Below are positions 19,901 to 29,687 of a stretch of DNA of 64,000 bases, one piece after another. How positions within the stretch are numbered: position 1 is the stretch's first letter; the number at the start of each line of letters is the position of its first letter. Under the pieces are notes generated by a model that was not told the origin of the DNA, searched no databases, and was given only the letters and a program-made list of their open reading frames with translations. Location: IMG/VR virus record IMGVR_UViG_3300027141_000003, positions 45,913-109,912 of that record; one strand, 5' to 3'. The DNA comes from a virus. Position numbers and translations under genes: made by a program.

Positions 19901-22900
19901 CTCTCTTTTTCAAGATTGCTGATTAGCTTTCCATACATTAAATTTTGTGCTTTAGGAGTAAGTCCTGAACTTCCAAATAATTTCTTTCCCATGCCAAGAG
20001 ATAAAGAAGTGGCTCCCCAACTATCTCCTATTTTCCCAAACTTAGCGCCTAAGTTTTTAAATGCAGTACTCTTTAATACATTGCCTATTTGGCCTCCTGC
20101 ATTATATCCTGGAATTATACCGCCACTATTTCTAAAGATTATGTCTGGATCATTTGCAACTACAGATGCTCCAGACCCTCTAATTCCAACTCCTCTGGCT
20201 GTGCCAAGCTTTTGCATTTCATCATAAAAATTAACATTTGATTCTGGAATTTTTAAATCTTTTAAATTTTTCTTTAATATGTTTCCAGCAAACTCTTCAA
20301 ATGTGTCTGAATCTTTTCCAAATGCAGATCCTCTAGCTCTTAATCCACGTGTTAGTTCTTCCCAAGCTTTTCCAAAAGCACTGTCGATATCTCTTGACGG
20401 ATACCCTAGCTGCCTTGCTGCCGATCTCATTGTTGAAAATGGATTTAGCGGAGTGTTATTTAATGAGCTAAGAATAGCTTTTGGATCTCCGCCTGCGTTA
20501 AGTGAAAGATTTCCTCCAGCTCCATATCTTGCTTGTGGGCCAAAAAGTGCTGGGGAAACATATTGTCCACTTGAATTTCTTGCTCCCGCTGGGGCAAAGT
20601 GACTTCTATCTAATCCGCTCCATATTGCGTTTACCTCATCCTTAGAAAGCGATTCTAATTCTTTTTGAGTATATGCTCTTCCTTGTGGACTTTTAACAGC
20701 CCATCCAGAAATATGGCTCTCTATTAAGTCAGCTCTTCTTGCACCAACGTCTTGTCCAGTTGCAGTAGACCAATAGTGTCGTGATAGAGGATTTCCTCTT
20801 ACCGATACAGTTGCTCTGCTTTTTGCTCTTGAAAAAGATCCTCCAAACATTCTAGCAATATCTGCAGCAGATGGTCGTAATCCATATCCGCCTTGTTCTG
20901 AAGAAACTGGTCCACCTAAAGTTCCTTGGTTAATTGCATGTAGCAGCGGTAGGTTTCTTTGAGTTGCTTCTTTATTTACAACAAATTCTCCTGGAGTAAG
21001 CATTGCTGGTACTGTATCTGTATTGCCAGTTCCTGGAACAATGTTTCCCCTGTTTAATCTTTTTGGAACTGTTGTTTCAATGTTATATCCTGCTCCTGAA
21101 GTTCTTACGCCTAGGGCTCCTGCTACCTTATTAATAAAATCTCTAGTTTTTCCTTTTTTAAATAACTCTCTCATATTAGACTTGCCAGTTGCATCAACTA
21201 CAGGCTGGTTTAAAGTAGGTACCACTGTTGGATTTAAAGTTCTTCCCATTGAGACTGCGTGAGCCTGCATAGATGTAGAGATCATTCTTTCTGTTTCTAA
21301 GTTTAATGCTATAATTTTTGCTCTGGCTTGTTCAACATTTATTTTACCTGCACGTAATTCAGAAACAATTAAGGCCGATTCTCTTGCAGCGTTATCTGTT
21401 AGCTTGGAAACAATTGGTAAAATGTCATCAAATTGATTCATAAAGTCTTTACTCAATAATCCAGTTGCAACCATTTGCTTCTTAAGCTGGTCTATTTCTG
21501 CTTTAGATTGCATTGCAAGTGTCGCCATCATTGCGTGATGCCTTGCAGCTTCTCCAGCTACAATTCCAGTTGATGCTCCATTTACTCTTGTAAGACCAGG
21601 AACATCTGGTAAATTATCGTTCATGTATATCTGAGGATTTTGACCAATTTTTTGATTTACGGGAATTGATCCTGGAACCATTCCAAATATCGTCTGCTGA
21701 AGTCTTTCAGCCTCTGTCATTCCAGACCTAGGCACCATGTGAGTACTTGCACGAGATCCCATTGGTCCAACTAGAGGGTGTGCTGGGTTTACAACTCTTC
21801 CTCCGCCTGCCATAACAAGGCTTCCAGCCATTGTGCTTACTGCTGGGCTTATAGACATTGATCCAGATTTTGCTTTTGCTTCTAGCAATGAGAATTCGTC
21901 TAATAGGTTTCTAAGTGCTTGTTGCAATACTGCTGCTGCTTTAGCATCGCTATAGAAAGATTGTTCTACTAATTTTCCAGCTTTTTCTGCTGCCATCATT
22001 TCTGGAGTTAAATATTTAAATCCTTCTCCACCTTTTAAAAATGCTTTTATGTGGAAAACGCCTTTTGCCATATTACCAAAGAAGTTTGCAAGTAAACCAG
22101 TTAACATAATCAGTGGGCCAGCAATTGCTGTAACTCCACCAAGTAGTGCTAGTATCTGCTTAACTGGTCCAGGCAAGTTCATAGCAAACTGGACTATCTT
22201 ATCTACTACTGTAATTAAAGCAGTATTAATTGTTAAAAATTGTTCTCCCACTTCCGCCAGAGAAGCCTTTAATCCCTCTAATGCTCTTCTATATTTACCA
22301 GATGCGGACTCTGTTACTGCTGTTAATTCTCGATCAGCTACCTGCGCTAACCCGTCGGTAGATTCTTTCATCAAATCTAAAACTTTTAAAGTCTGGCTTC
22401 CTTCTCTTCCTAGGTTTTCAAAAAGAGCATTAAGTCTTGAAAATTGAAACTTACCAAATAGCTGCTCAATTGCCTGTTGCTTTTGTAGTGGGTTTAAGTT
22501 ATCTAAAGCTCCTTGTAATGCCATTAAGGTTCCAGTAAGGTCCCCAGCATTATTATTTACTATCCCAAGTAAATCAATTCCAAGCGTTTCAAACTTGCCA
22601 ACGGCTACATCTGTTGGGTTAATTAAAGATGCTAATGCTGACTTTAATGCGTTTGCTCCTTCTGAAGCATTAATTCCGCCTTCTCTCATTGCAGTTAAAT
22701 ATAATGCTAAATCTTTTACATCTCCACCAAGTCCTTTGACAATAGGGCCAGCTTTAGGAATTGCCTCCACTAAGTCATTAAGAGTTGTTGATGTTTGGTT
22801 TTCAACTGCGTTAAGAAAGTTAATTGATTCTGATAATTCATCTGTATTGGATTTAAATGCAGACTGAATTGCAAGCGTAGCCTTCATGGCTTCTTGTCGA

Positions 22901-23766
22901 TCTACTTCTCCAAGTACGGCAAGTCTAGTTGTTTCTCTAACAGATCCTAAAAGGTCGTCTCCAGTTTTTCCAGTTGCCGCAATATCCGCTGCTAGACCAA
23001 TAGTTTCTTTAAAAGAAACTCCCATAGCCTGTGAAATTTCTTTTGCTGTTTGAACAACATCGTCTCTTACTTTACCCAGCTCTGCTGAAGAAGTTCCCGC
23101 AACATCTCCATATACCTTTGTTAATCTTACTAATTCTTGATCCGCTTCTCTAAATGCTTTTGCTGCAGCACTGCCAAACGCAACCAGCGGGACAGTAAGT
23201 CCGACTGTTAGCTGACGGCCTGTCCATTGAGTATTTTTACCAAAATTAATAATCTGACCAGCACCATCCTGGACAACCTTATTCATGATTTGCATTTCTG
23301 TTCTTGCTATTGCTGTAGCATTTTTTACTGCGTCTAGTCCTCTAGGGACCTGAACATTGAACTGCATAAGTCCTTGTGCGTTTCTTCCAAGTGGCTGTAG
23401 GACTGAGTTTTGTAGTGCTACTTGCTGTTTTGCTAGATCTCTAATAAGACCACCAGATGTTTTAGTTTGATCTCTAAAAGCGCTAAAGTATTGATTTAAC
23501 TTTAATTTTCCGCCGTCAAGATTCTTACCAAACTTTTCTACATCTGAAGTAAGGCTTACGAAGTGTGTGGAGAACTGACCTGTGCTTCTTAATGTGTCAG
23601 AGAACGATCTGTTCATGACGGCAATTTGATTTGCCATCATCTTATTAGAGCTAGCTAATTTTTCTTGAAGTTTTGATAGGCTGGCAGTAACCTTATGCAC
23701 ATCGGCGATAAGAGCTGAGAAGTCGGCATTAGCGACTATGCGGGTACTGATTGTTTCGTCAGCCAT
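16981..23766 (-). CDS. tail tape measure protein
   Basis: 2261 aa, Ala/Leu-rich helical. TP901-type minor-tail region (GINASEGANALK) and GTGNTDTVPAMLTPGEFVV motif; follows the chaperone pair. Confidence 0.95.
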   Translation of the reverse strand: MADETISTRIVANADFSALIADVHKVTASLSKLQEKLASSNKMMANQIAVMNRSFSDTLRSTGQFSTHFVSLTSDVEKFGKNLDGGKLKLNQYFSAFRDQTKTSGGLIRDLAKQQVALQNSVLQPLGRNAQGLMQFNVQVPRGLDAVKNATAIARTEMQIMNKVVQDGAGQIINFGKNTQWTGRQLTVGLTVPLVAFGSAAAKAFREADQELVRLTKVYGDVAGTSSAELGKVRDDVVQTAKEISQAMGVSFKETIGLAADIAATGKTGDDLLGSVRETTRLAVLGEVDRQEAMKATLAIQSAFKSNTDELSESINFLNAVENQTSTTLNDLVEAIPKAGPIVKGLGGDVKDLALYLTAMREGGINASEGANALKSALASLINPTDVAVGKFETLGIDLLGIVNNNAGDLTGTLMALQGALDNLNPLQKQQAIEQLFGKFQFSRLNALFENLGREGSQTLKVLDLMKESTDGLAQVADRELTAVTESASGKYRRALEGLKASLAEVGEQFLTINTALITVVDKIVQFAMNLPGPVKQILALLGGVTAIAGPLIMLTGLLANFFGNMAKGVFHIKAFLKGGEGFKYLTPEMMAAEKAGKLVEQSFYSDAKAAAVLQQALRNLLDEFSLLEAKAKSGSMSISPAVSTMAGSLVMAGGGRVVNPAHPLVGPMGSRASTHMVPRSGMTEAERLQQTIFGMVPGSIPVNQKIGQNPQIYMNDNLPDVPGLTRVNGASTGIVAGEAARHHAMMATLAMQSKAEIDQLKKQMVATGLLSKDFMNQFDDILPIVSKLTDNAARESALIVSELRAGKINVEQARAKIIALNLETERMISTSMQAHAVSMGRTLNPTVVPTLNQPVVDATGKSNMRELFKKGKTRDFINKVAGALGVRTSGAGYNIETTVPKRLNRGNIVPGTGNTDTVPAMLTPGEFVVNKEATQRNLPLLHAINQGTLGGPVSSEQGGYGLRPSAADIARMFGGSFSRAKSRATVSVRGNPLSRHYWSTATGQDVGARRADLIESHISGWAVKSPQGRAYTQKELESLSKDEVNAIWSGLDRSHFAPAGARNSSGQYVSPALFGPQARYGAGGNLSLNAGGDPKAILSSLNNTPLNPFSTMRSAARQLGYPSRDIDSAFGKAWEELTRGLRARGSAFGKDSDTFEEFAGNILKKNLKDLKIPESNVNFYDEMQKLGTARGVGIRGSGASVVANDPDIIFRNSGGIIPGYNAGGQIGNVLKSTAFKNLGAKFGKIGDSWGATSLSLGMGKKLFGSSGLTPKAQNLMYGKLISNLEKERPYGYVTNAQGHLQRALEPDIVDVLIKSSASDVLSSGGKSLSKIDREILRTKYANWDNKSWTPSTSKLRKQMFGMNRGGMVPGYNLGGMVPKIQYLNNGDEVQEQAPRRGGRILGGIGAGLAVSYGGQMLGQKVGGGLGSAIQIASLIASMGMGFGSARSKPAGGGMMSRQMDKIPTQLKQPIGPLNGLAQAASKTGGSLSGILRIFGPLLKGFATLLKLTSPIGIAFTAVTATIGFLIKRHKDHTEELRINRTAFGMTADAAAKAGYKYTDYNKQIKTAIEDAKDLKAQNKMIYESMTKANVPIHMTIEQYKKLKVQVKSTMQDYIKLFDQTDRKDVGQTAIQLKAQFMAAGDSAAVATAKIYAIVDASNKAAMAGSAIGTKAFQGIQTLEQAAIQSTKTFESALKVSDVEGQAAAMLTTFAAITGSIDETVKKTAEAAEKNKGVAKSVGQATREQIDAINASYQNQSTLTTKIIAEIGKANPELAEVLNTTDTLVTSFAKLQLLVQGTNLDVNALSGTAAVAAVKLASIINDTIKTTGAVGAQYTKYGKLTQQIKDLQTAQKGQSAKAQIDSRDAIASLNKQIDKIKKAAQDKINGIRKATEAENAQLEIQKAQLRAQQALATGNMTAYAEEQMSIEQILNESNRKSAEEAITLKAELEIKPLQDQIDSLTAKNTKLADKAALAGDKLGVLQTKADNLNKDLTTYSTNLSNIINKLQTEGDKFKMTKEFTETMSALETLGKKLGIEKPATGVVDEILNALKNGINAPYVTIYTDQVKDGMKGKYATAGDLYSAMYDGNASDATLKNPYGKDGYLTNDARKAVIAGDQLEVGDIIEDPNGVKYKVQKRFGIGPKEAVRQSSLGGRFAAGQLMEINDRINPLGAQQEGILIEPKFSGIIYPNAATMPRYDIPSGTKMSGVNISNSPSSNNVYNIDIALNGTTVTVDDVMRSFKQELSLINAKEGVGRRIGGSV

Positions 23767-23777
23767 TTATATTCAGG

Positions 23778-24439
23778 TTACTCCTTAGCATATCCTAGTC
23801 CTTCTCCAATTCCGAAACCAGCTTGCGCTGCGAATCTTCCTTGAAGTGATACTACATCGTCTGCACTGGCAGTTATGCCTGCGGCTCGCAATTGTATTTC
23901 TTCGAAACTAGAAGTTTTCTTTTCTTCTTCGTATTCGCCCATATCTACTCCAGTTAAAGAAGCTTGAAACTTCTTACTGTCGTAATCTCTTTTCTTCAAA
24001 GCCTTTAAGGTATTTACAAGTTCTGGCATTGAAAGACTTTCTTCTAGTTCCTGGTAATTCTTCCAATGTCCTAGTAAAAAAACTTCCCCCTCTAAAGCGG
24101 CTAAGTCTAGTTCTGACCAGCCAGAACCGCTGCCGCTAGTAGGTTTGGGTCGTCAAGCTTGATCCCTCCGCAAACTTCTAGAATGCGATTCATTGTTGGA
24201 ACATCTAAGGCGTTCTCAAATGCTTCTCTGTCTGCTACCAATTCTGGTAGTTGTTTTTCTATTGCAATTGCACATGCATCGATCAAGATGTTTAGTGTGT
24301 CATCTTCTGTTTCTGATTCTGCCGTCTTCTTAATTGCTAGCATAAACTTACGAAGCTCTGCTATTGATAGGGGCTTTAGCTTTACGGTCTGGCCGTTTTG
24401 AAGCTGTACCTCTTCTACGCTATATACTGTTGTTGCCAA
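23778..24439 (-). CDS. tail assembly chaperone G (24107..24439) and -1 frameshift product GT (to 23778)
   Basis: In-frame slippery heptamer C CCA AAC at 24143-24149. The -1 frame is open (…PTSGSGSGWSELDLAALEGEVFLLGHWKNYQELEESLSMPEL…) and joins ORF 23778..24029. Confidence 0.85.
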
Positions 24440-24502
24440 TTTAGGTCCTCCTAGGATCTACTCATAAACATTATACTAAAAGAAATATCCTAATACAACC
24501 AC

Positions 24503-24530
24503 AAAAGCCCCTAATTTCTTAGGGGCCTTT
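24503..24530 (-). terminator. intrinsic terminator after major tail gene
   Basis: GCCCCTAA/TTAGGGGC stem followed by a T-run on the minus strand. Confidence 0.75.
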
Positions 24531-24556
24531 GTATCGTATTTAATAAATTAAATTTA

Positions 24557-25264
24557 TTATGCTACTAGAACACGGTCAATAATCTTGCCGTACTCTGAGC
24601 CAGCGTAGCTAGCATCTGGGAGTAAACGGAAAGTTACTGGGAATGTTGTTGGTGTTGTACGAGCAAGTGAGAATTGTGACTGTTGTACAGACAATACTCT
24701 ACGAGCATAGTATACACGCTCTGAAGCTGTTGAAGATGCTGTTGGAGCTAGTCCAACTGCAATTAGCTGACGCTCTGTTGGAGCTGCACCAAGTGCACCT
24801 GCCTCAAGACCGAGAGTGTCTTTCTTTCCTGTTCCAGTTCCTGTTGTTGATAGAGTTGATGCTGGTTGTCCGAATACTGTTGCAATGTTCTCAAGAGTAC
24901 CTTCTGACATTTCTGTTGCAATCATAACTTCCATTGCTGACTTGAACAGCTTAGCTGTATCGAGCAACTGATCTACAGTTACTGAGTCGAATGTTGGGTT
25001 ATATGTAATTTGAAGACCATTGTTAGTAAAACCAACGTTACGGTATCCAAATAGTCCTGCTGTTTGATTAACAGAGTTTAGTGTATTAGCGTATGATACG
25101 CCTGTTGCAAATGCTGGGACGCCTACTGTTCCTGCGCTTGATGCAATTGCTACGCCTGCTTCTGCGTTTTCGATGTAATCAGCGTCGTTCACGTCAATAG
25201 TTGACAAGAACAGTGGTGATGCACCGACTAGAATATTTCTAGCATTACCTACGGATTGTGCCAT
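24557..25264 (-). CDS. major tail (tube) protein
   Basis: NVGFTNNGLQITYNPTFDSVTVDQ and FPVTFRLLPD motifs; strong RBS, followed by a terminator and the chaperone. Confidence 0.88.
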   Translation of the reverse strand: MAQSVGNARNILVGASPLFLSTIDVNDADYIENAEAGVAIASSAGTVGVPAFATGVSYANTLNSVNQTAGLFGYRNVGFTNNGLQITYNPTFDSVTVDQLLDTAKLFKSAMEVMIATEMSEGTLENIATVFGQPASTLSTTGTGTGKKDTLGLEAGALGAAPTERQLIAVGLAPTASSTASERVYYARRVLSVQQSQFSLARTTPTTFPVTFRLLPDASYAGSEYGKIIDRVLVA

Positions 25265-25382
25265 AGTTATTTCCTCCTATATTTCAATATATATATATTT
25301 TTGTTCAAATCTTAAATTCAAGCTGGCTAGGCTTCTTTCCTCTTAACCTAAGTTTATAATATTATAGGTAAAAAGGCAAACC

Positions 25383-25910
25383 CTAGGCAAATCTGCCCAA
25401 TGTGCTTGAGGCCCCATTGGTATCTGTATCTCTTGAGTATTTTATTTCTAAAATGATCTCAGAGGAGAAAAATCCCTGAAGTTCTTCAGATGGTGCCGTT
25501 GGGGAGATATCTGCTATATGTATACTGTGAAACTTAAACATATCTGAAAGTCCTGTCCACCTGTTTATGTCTCTAGCCGACTCGTCCATTCTTCTAAACT
25601 CATCTGTCATGTAATTTCTAATCTCATTTATATCTGCCACCGAAGTTGAATATACGGTAAAGAGAATCTGCTCACAGCATATCAACCAATTGTCGTCATA
25701 TGACATTCCAATCTTGTCGTAAACAATATGCTTTTTGCCGCTCATAAATTGATTTAATTCTGGCGCCTGCTGAACTGGAATAATTGGTATAATATTCTCG
25801 TTTAGGTTATCGCTCCAATAGTCGTCTTCGTCAAATATGTTTCTGGTATAAAGCTCTTTCCAAAGATACTTTCTTAGCTCCAGCATTGCGTCTAACTTGT
25901 AATTAGCCAT
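25383..25910 (-). CDS. tail terminator-position protein
   Basis: Synteny upstream of the tail tube; 175 aa. Confidence 0.6.
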   Translation of the reverse strand: MANYKLDAMLELRKYLWKELYTRNIFDEDDYWSDNLNENIIPIIPVQQAPELNQFMSGKKHIVYDKIGMSYDDNWLICCEQILFTVYSTSVADINEIRNYMTDEFRRMDESARDINRWTGLSDMFKFHSIHIADISPTAPSEELQGFFSSEIILEIKYSRDTDTNGASSTLGRFA

Positions 25911-26692
25911 TACATTGAACCTCCGAATGCTAAGGCTAAGGCTGAGTCAGCTTGAGCCCTAATAGAATTTGCTGAAAAAGAATACTGAACTCTTTTGATA
26001 TTTGATGGAACTCCCAGTGCCCTTGTAATACTTGAGTTAAATAATCTTTGAAACCCAGATCTTTTCATTGAGTCGCTTACTAATCTACCGCTAAAAAATC
26101 TTGAGTAGGCTAGTGTAAATTGATTGGTAGCTGCAGATCCTCCAGGGCGACGAACTGTAACAGACGCTCCCTTTGGCATAAACACCACTTCTCCATCCAT
26201 TTCAAATACAAGGCGCTCTGCGCTTTTAGGTTTAATTACTAACGGCTTACCATTTTCCATAACAGAAGCCTTATTTGCAAACATATGACTACGTCTTCTA
26301 TTTGATGAGGGGACCATTGTTTTAGATGGCAAGAAATCATAGTTAATACCAAATGATAAACCAGTTTGTGTGGTCTTGTTTAGTTTAAACAGCCTATGGG
26401 TTTTGTTACCAGCCTTTTTCCATTCGTAAACATGATGCAAAGACTTGGGCTTACTTCTAGCCAATGCGTCAATATAATTTCCAAAATCTAGATTTATCTG
26501 ATCAAACATAAGCTTGCTAAATGAATTCTGAAACTTTTTATTACTTGTTAGTTTTGCTATTACTGATGCTTCATAATATACGTATGCTGATATTTGTGCC
26601 ACTGTACTGTCTCTCAATGGCCCTTTTTGATTTGAGTGCATCATTCTTTCAAGTCCGCTTGCTGCTTGAACTAGTAGTCCGCTATTATCCAA
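25910..26692 (-). CDS. neck/tail completion protein
   Basis: Synteny; basic protein; likely TTG start at 26692. Confidence 0.55.
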   Translation of the reverse strand: MDNSGLLVQAASGLERMMHSNQKGPLRDSTVAQISAYVYYEASVIAKLTSNKKFQNSFSKLMFDQINLDFGNYIDALARSKPKSLHHVYEWKKAGNKTHRLFKLNKTTQTGLSFGINYDFLPSKTMVPSSNRRRSHMFANKASVMENGKPLVIKPKSAERLVFEMDGEVVFMPKGASVTVRRPGGSAATNQFTLAYSRFFSGRLVSDSMKRSGFQRLFNSSITRALGVPSNIKRVQYSFSANSIRAQADSALALAFGGSM

Positions 26693-27110
26693 TTTGCTGG
26701 TTCTCCGATCTCTTGAGAGATGAGTTATAAGCAATTACTCTACCAAACGGGTCTGTCATTGGTGTAGTTCCCATTACTTCAAATACTGTTGGGGTCTCAC
26801 TTGGATAGTTAATTTCATTCCAGATTGTGTTTCCTTCAACATCTTTTATGTTGGTAACTTTTTCTCTAGCTGTTAATTTTTCAGAAGTTCTTACCTGAAT
26901 AACTTGATCATTTAAATACTTGTTTGAAAAAATTTGCTTATCGCTAGATCGAGTCGTTGCAGAGTTGCTGATTACACCCTTTGCGTGACATGCAATTGTT
27001 TTATAGTAATTCCACTCTTTTACGATTGCTCCAGTATCTGGATCTTGAATTTCAGACTGTCTGTAAACATCTAAATTCATAGACAAGACAGAGTCTACGA
27101 TGCCACTCAT
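26685..27110 (-). CDS. head closure (stopper) protein
   Basis: DVYRQ...DPDTGAIVKEW pattern; synteny. Confidence 0.65.
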   Translation of the reverse strand: MSGIVDSVLSMNLDVYRQSEIQDPDTGAIVKEWNYYKTIACHAKGVISNSATTRSSDKQIFSNKYLNDQVIQVRTSEKLTAREKVTNIKDVEGNTIWNEINYPSETPTVFEVMGTTPMTDPFGRVIAYNSSLKRSENQQIG

Positions 27111-28090
27111 TATATAATCTCAGCTTTAATTGTTAAGACATAATCGGCTAACAGGTTGTCCGCAAAAGCGTTGCCTGTGCCTGTATAAGCATCTCCTGTA
27201 TACTCAAAATCCCAGTCAAATGTTGATATAGACTTGACGTATTTGTTTCTCCAAGCAGTGTCCTTAGAGAAATAATCTTTTATAAGCTCAATAGCTGCTA
27301 GCTCTACATTATCTGGAACTTCGCTCCAACCAAATCTACCAGTTACTTTATAAGGAACTCCTGAATTAAATAATCCTGAGTAATCATGAATGCTGGGTGG
27401 AACCATACCGTTTGCTGTATAGACTGTGTTATCTACTAAACTTGCTCTATTAACTCTAATACCATATCCGCTTTCAGAAATCTGAACAGGGAAATTCCAG
27501 TTGTTAATATTATTAATATTGTCTAGTAGTAGGGTGTCGTTCATTGTTAGGCTATGAAGTGCATTTATCTTAGCAGGCAGCGGAAGAGTGTCTGAATCAT
27601 ATCCGTAAACTACCTGAATGTCGTCATATAGGAAAAACTTTTGCCCAGTATATTCTTCAATTTGTTTTCTAGCATAACGCTCTGCTTTTAATAATTCTTT
27701 GTAAGACTTGTATCCTGGATCAGATGAGTCTGTGCTAAATCCTAAATCTTGTACGTGGTTAAAATCAACATATGGGGTTACCACAAAAACTGTGTCTGAT
27801 CTAACAACAGCAGTTCCGCCTATAGAGTATTCCCATTGTAGTTTCAGGGTTCTGCTTCGGCCAGTAAGAGAGTACGGAATATTTACACTGTAAGTTCCAG
27901 GATTGCTTTCGTCTATTGCTGATGTTAATGTGCTTAATAAAGTTGTAGGGAGTACGGCAGGACTAATTGTCGCATCTAGAGTGGTATCGTATATCTTAAC
28001 AATAGGCAATGAATCTGTGACTGCAATGTCACCGTTCCAAAATACTTGATGAACAATTGGTGATTGTGATTTAACTAAAATCTCTGCCAT
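27110..28090 (-). CDS. head-tail adaptor with N-terminal Ig-like extension
   Basis: ARKQIEEYTGQKF and GRFGWSEVPDNVELAAIEL adaptor motifs. Confidence 0.75.
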   Translation of the reverse strand: MAEILVKSQSPIVHQVFWNGDIAVTDSLPIVKIYDTTLDATISPAVLPTTLLSTLTSAIDESNPGTYSVNIPYSLTGRSRTLKLQWEYSIGGTAVVRSDTVFVVTPYVDFNHVQDLGFSTDSSDPGYKSYKELLKAERYARKQIEEYTGQKFFLYDDIQVVYGYDSDTLPLPAKINALHSLTMNDTLLLDNINNINNWNFPVQISESGYGIRVNRASLVDNTVYTANGMVPPSIHDYSGLFNSGVPYKVTGRFGWSEVPDNVELAAIELIKDYFSKDTAWRNKYVKSISTFDWDFEYTGDAYTGTGNAFADNLLADYVLTIKAEII

Positions 28091-28104
28091 TTTATTGACT
28101 TAGA

Positions 28105-28506
28105 CTAGCTGTAATACTCCTGGACTTCTCTAGGAGATGCTAACCTAAAGCCTTCCTCCTTATCAAAAATTTCTTGAGCGATCTCTTCAGATAAGGCTAC
28201 GAATGGATGCTCTTTGGTAAAAGTGGCTCCCATAATATCAAATCTAAAGTTCTCTCTGGTCATTCTTACTAATACTGTATTTTCTGGCTGTTCTACTTTT
28301 GGATCAAACTTTGGCAATACTTCTATTGACATGTCTTCCGTCTCTTCTTCAATCTTTTTAATAGTGCTGTTATATACAGACCATGTAACGCCCTCTTCTG
28401 CAAGAGAGGCAATAATATCAACCTTGGTTTTTAGGCCTTCGGTATCGACTGCAAAATCTTCTGCGATCTTTCTTAGCTCTGATATCTTTAATGTCTCAAA
28501 TGACAT
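28105..28506 (-). CDS. head-module protein with Rho_N/HeH-like N-terminus
   Basis: LKISELRKIAEDFAV....KTKVDII; follows the capsid gene. Confidence 0.6.
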   Translation of the reverse strand: MSFETLKISELRKIAEDFAVDTEGLKTKVDIIASLAEEGVTWSVYNSTIKKIEEETEDMSIEVLPKFDPKVEQPENTVLVRMTRENFRFDIMGATFTKEHPFVALSEEIAQEIFDKEEGFRLASPREVQEYYS

Positions 28507-28558
28507 GCAAATCTCCTATTTCTACTTAAAGCAATTATAGCATTGTTAAATTAAAATG

Positions 28559-28588
28559 AAAAGCCCCTAAAATTAATTAGGGGCCTTT
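28559..28588 (-). terminator. intrinsic terminator after major capsid gene
   Basis: Same GCCCCTAA/TTAGGGGC stem as at 24503, followed by a T-run. Confidence 0.75.
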
Positions 28589-28609
28589 CCAACTAGTTAA
28601 ATCCTATTA

Positions 28610-29665
28610 TTAGGAAGCAACCTTAACGTTACGAACAACTACCCAAGCATCTGCCTGCTCGATTTGAACGCCAACACGAGTATACAATGTGTACTCGATT
28701 GAGTCCTTACGTGGCTCGAAGAAGCGGTAAACGGTTACATCACGCTTGATACCAATAACTACGTTATTTGGGAATGTCAAGTGGACGTCTCCGTGGTTTC
28801 CTGATGGAGAAGAGTATGATCCAGTCTGTGTCTCAGGAAGAAGTGGAACTTCAACAATCGGAATACCGAATGCGAATGGTGCCACATATCCTGCTGGTCC
28901 ACCTAGTGGTGAAACTCCTCCACGGATTACGCTTGATGCGATATCTTGTGGAATTGTTTGGTTTGTTCCAATGCTGTTAGCATATAGGAAATCCTGAATC
29001 AGGTTTGATCCTGCTAGGAAGCGAAGGTCTGCACGACGTTGCTTGTACTTACGTGGCATTGCCTTGAGTGCTTTGTTAAACAACTCACGGCTTACGCCTG
29101 CTCCAAGAGCATCTACTACGTGTGCATTTGCCTTTGCCTTCTTTACAACGCCATCAAATGACTTGTATAGGGCATCGGTTGTTAGGGATGTATCACCATT
29201 GAGGATTACATCTTCAATGTCGTTACCTGCCTGTGTTGCCATCAAACGTGCAATATGATCTTCAAGATCTGCACCTTCGATGTTATCTTCTAGTGACTCT
29301 GTTGAAAGTTCCCAGTCCATGCGGAGCTTCTTTGTAGTCAAAGAGATTTTTGAGAAAGTTACTGCGCCATTTACGGCTGTATTGTCACCTTCGGTTGCAA
29401 GCTTCATAAGCTTCTCACCAACGGACATACGATCAATCTCAGATGTGTCAGCCTTCATACGAACTGTACGGGCGACCTTACCGATTACGGTAGCGTCGAA
29501 CATGTAGTCCAGGAAGCGAGCTGATTGTTCTGCGTTTAGGAGACCAGCGTTGCCTGCCTCGCCAGCTTTATGCTGACCAGTAGCAGAACCACCTGTGACT
29601 CCTGCAAAAGTACCTGTTGCAGTTGTACCTGCAGCGATAGCTTTTTCTAAGTTTTCATTACTCAT
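28610..29665 (-). CDS. major capsid protein (HK97 fold)
   Basis: GLLNAEQSARFLDY, LSTESLEDNIEG and GIPIVEVP motifs; likely ATG at 29665 after an AGGTG RBS; follows the protease. Confidence 0.92.
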   Translation of the reverse strand: MSNENLEKAIAAGTTATGTFAGVTGGSATGQHKAGEAGNAGLLNAEQSARFLDYMFDATVIGKVARTVRMKADTSEIDRMSVGEKLMKLATEGDNTAVNGAVTFSKISLTTKKLRMDWELSTESLEDNIEGADLEDHIARLMATQAGNDIEDVILNGDTSLTTDALYKSFDGVVKKAKANAHVVDALGAGVSRELFNKALKAMPRKYKQRRADLRFLAGSNLIQDFLYANSIGTNQTIPQDIASSVIRGGVSPLGGPAGYVAPFAFGIPIVEVPLLPETQTGSYSSPSGNHGDVHLTFPNNVVIGIKRDVTVYRFFEPRKDSIEYTLYTRVGVQIEQADAWVVVRNVKVAS

Positions 29666-29687
29666 TTTATATTTCACCTACCTTATT

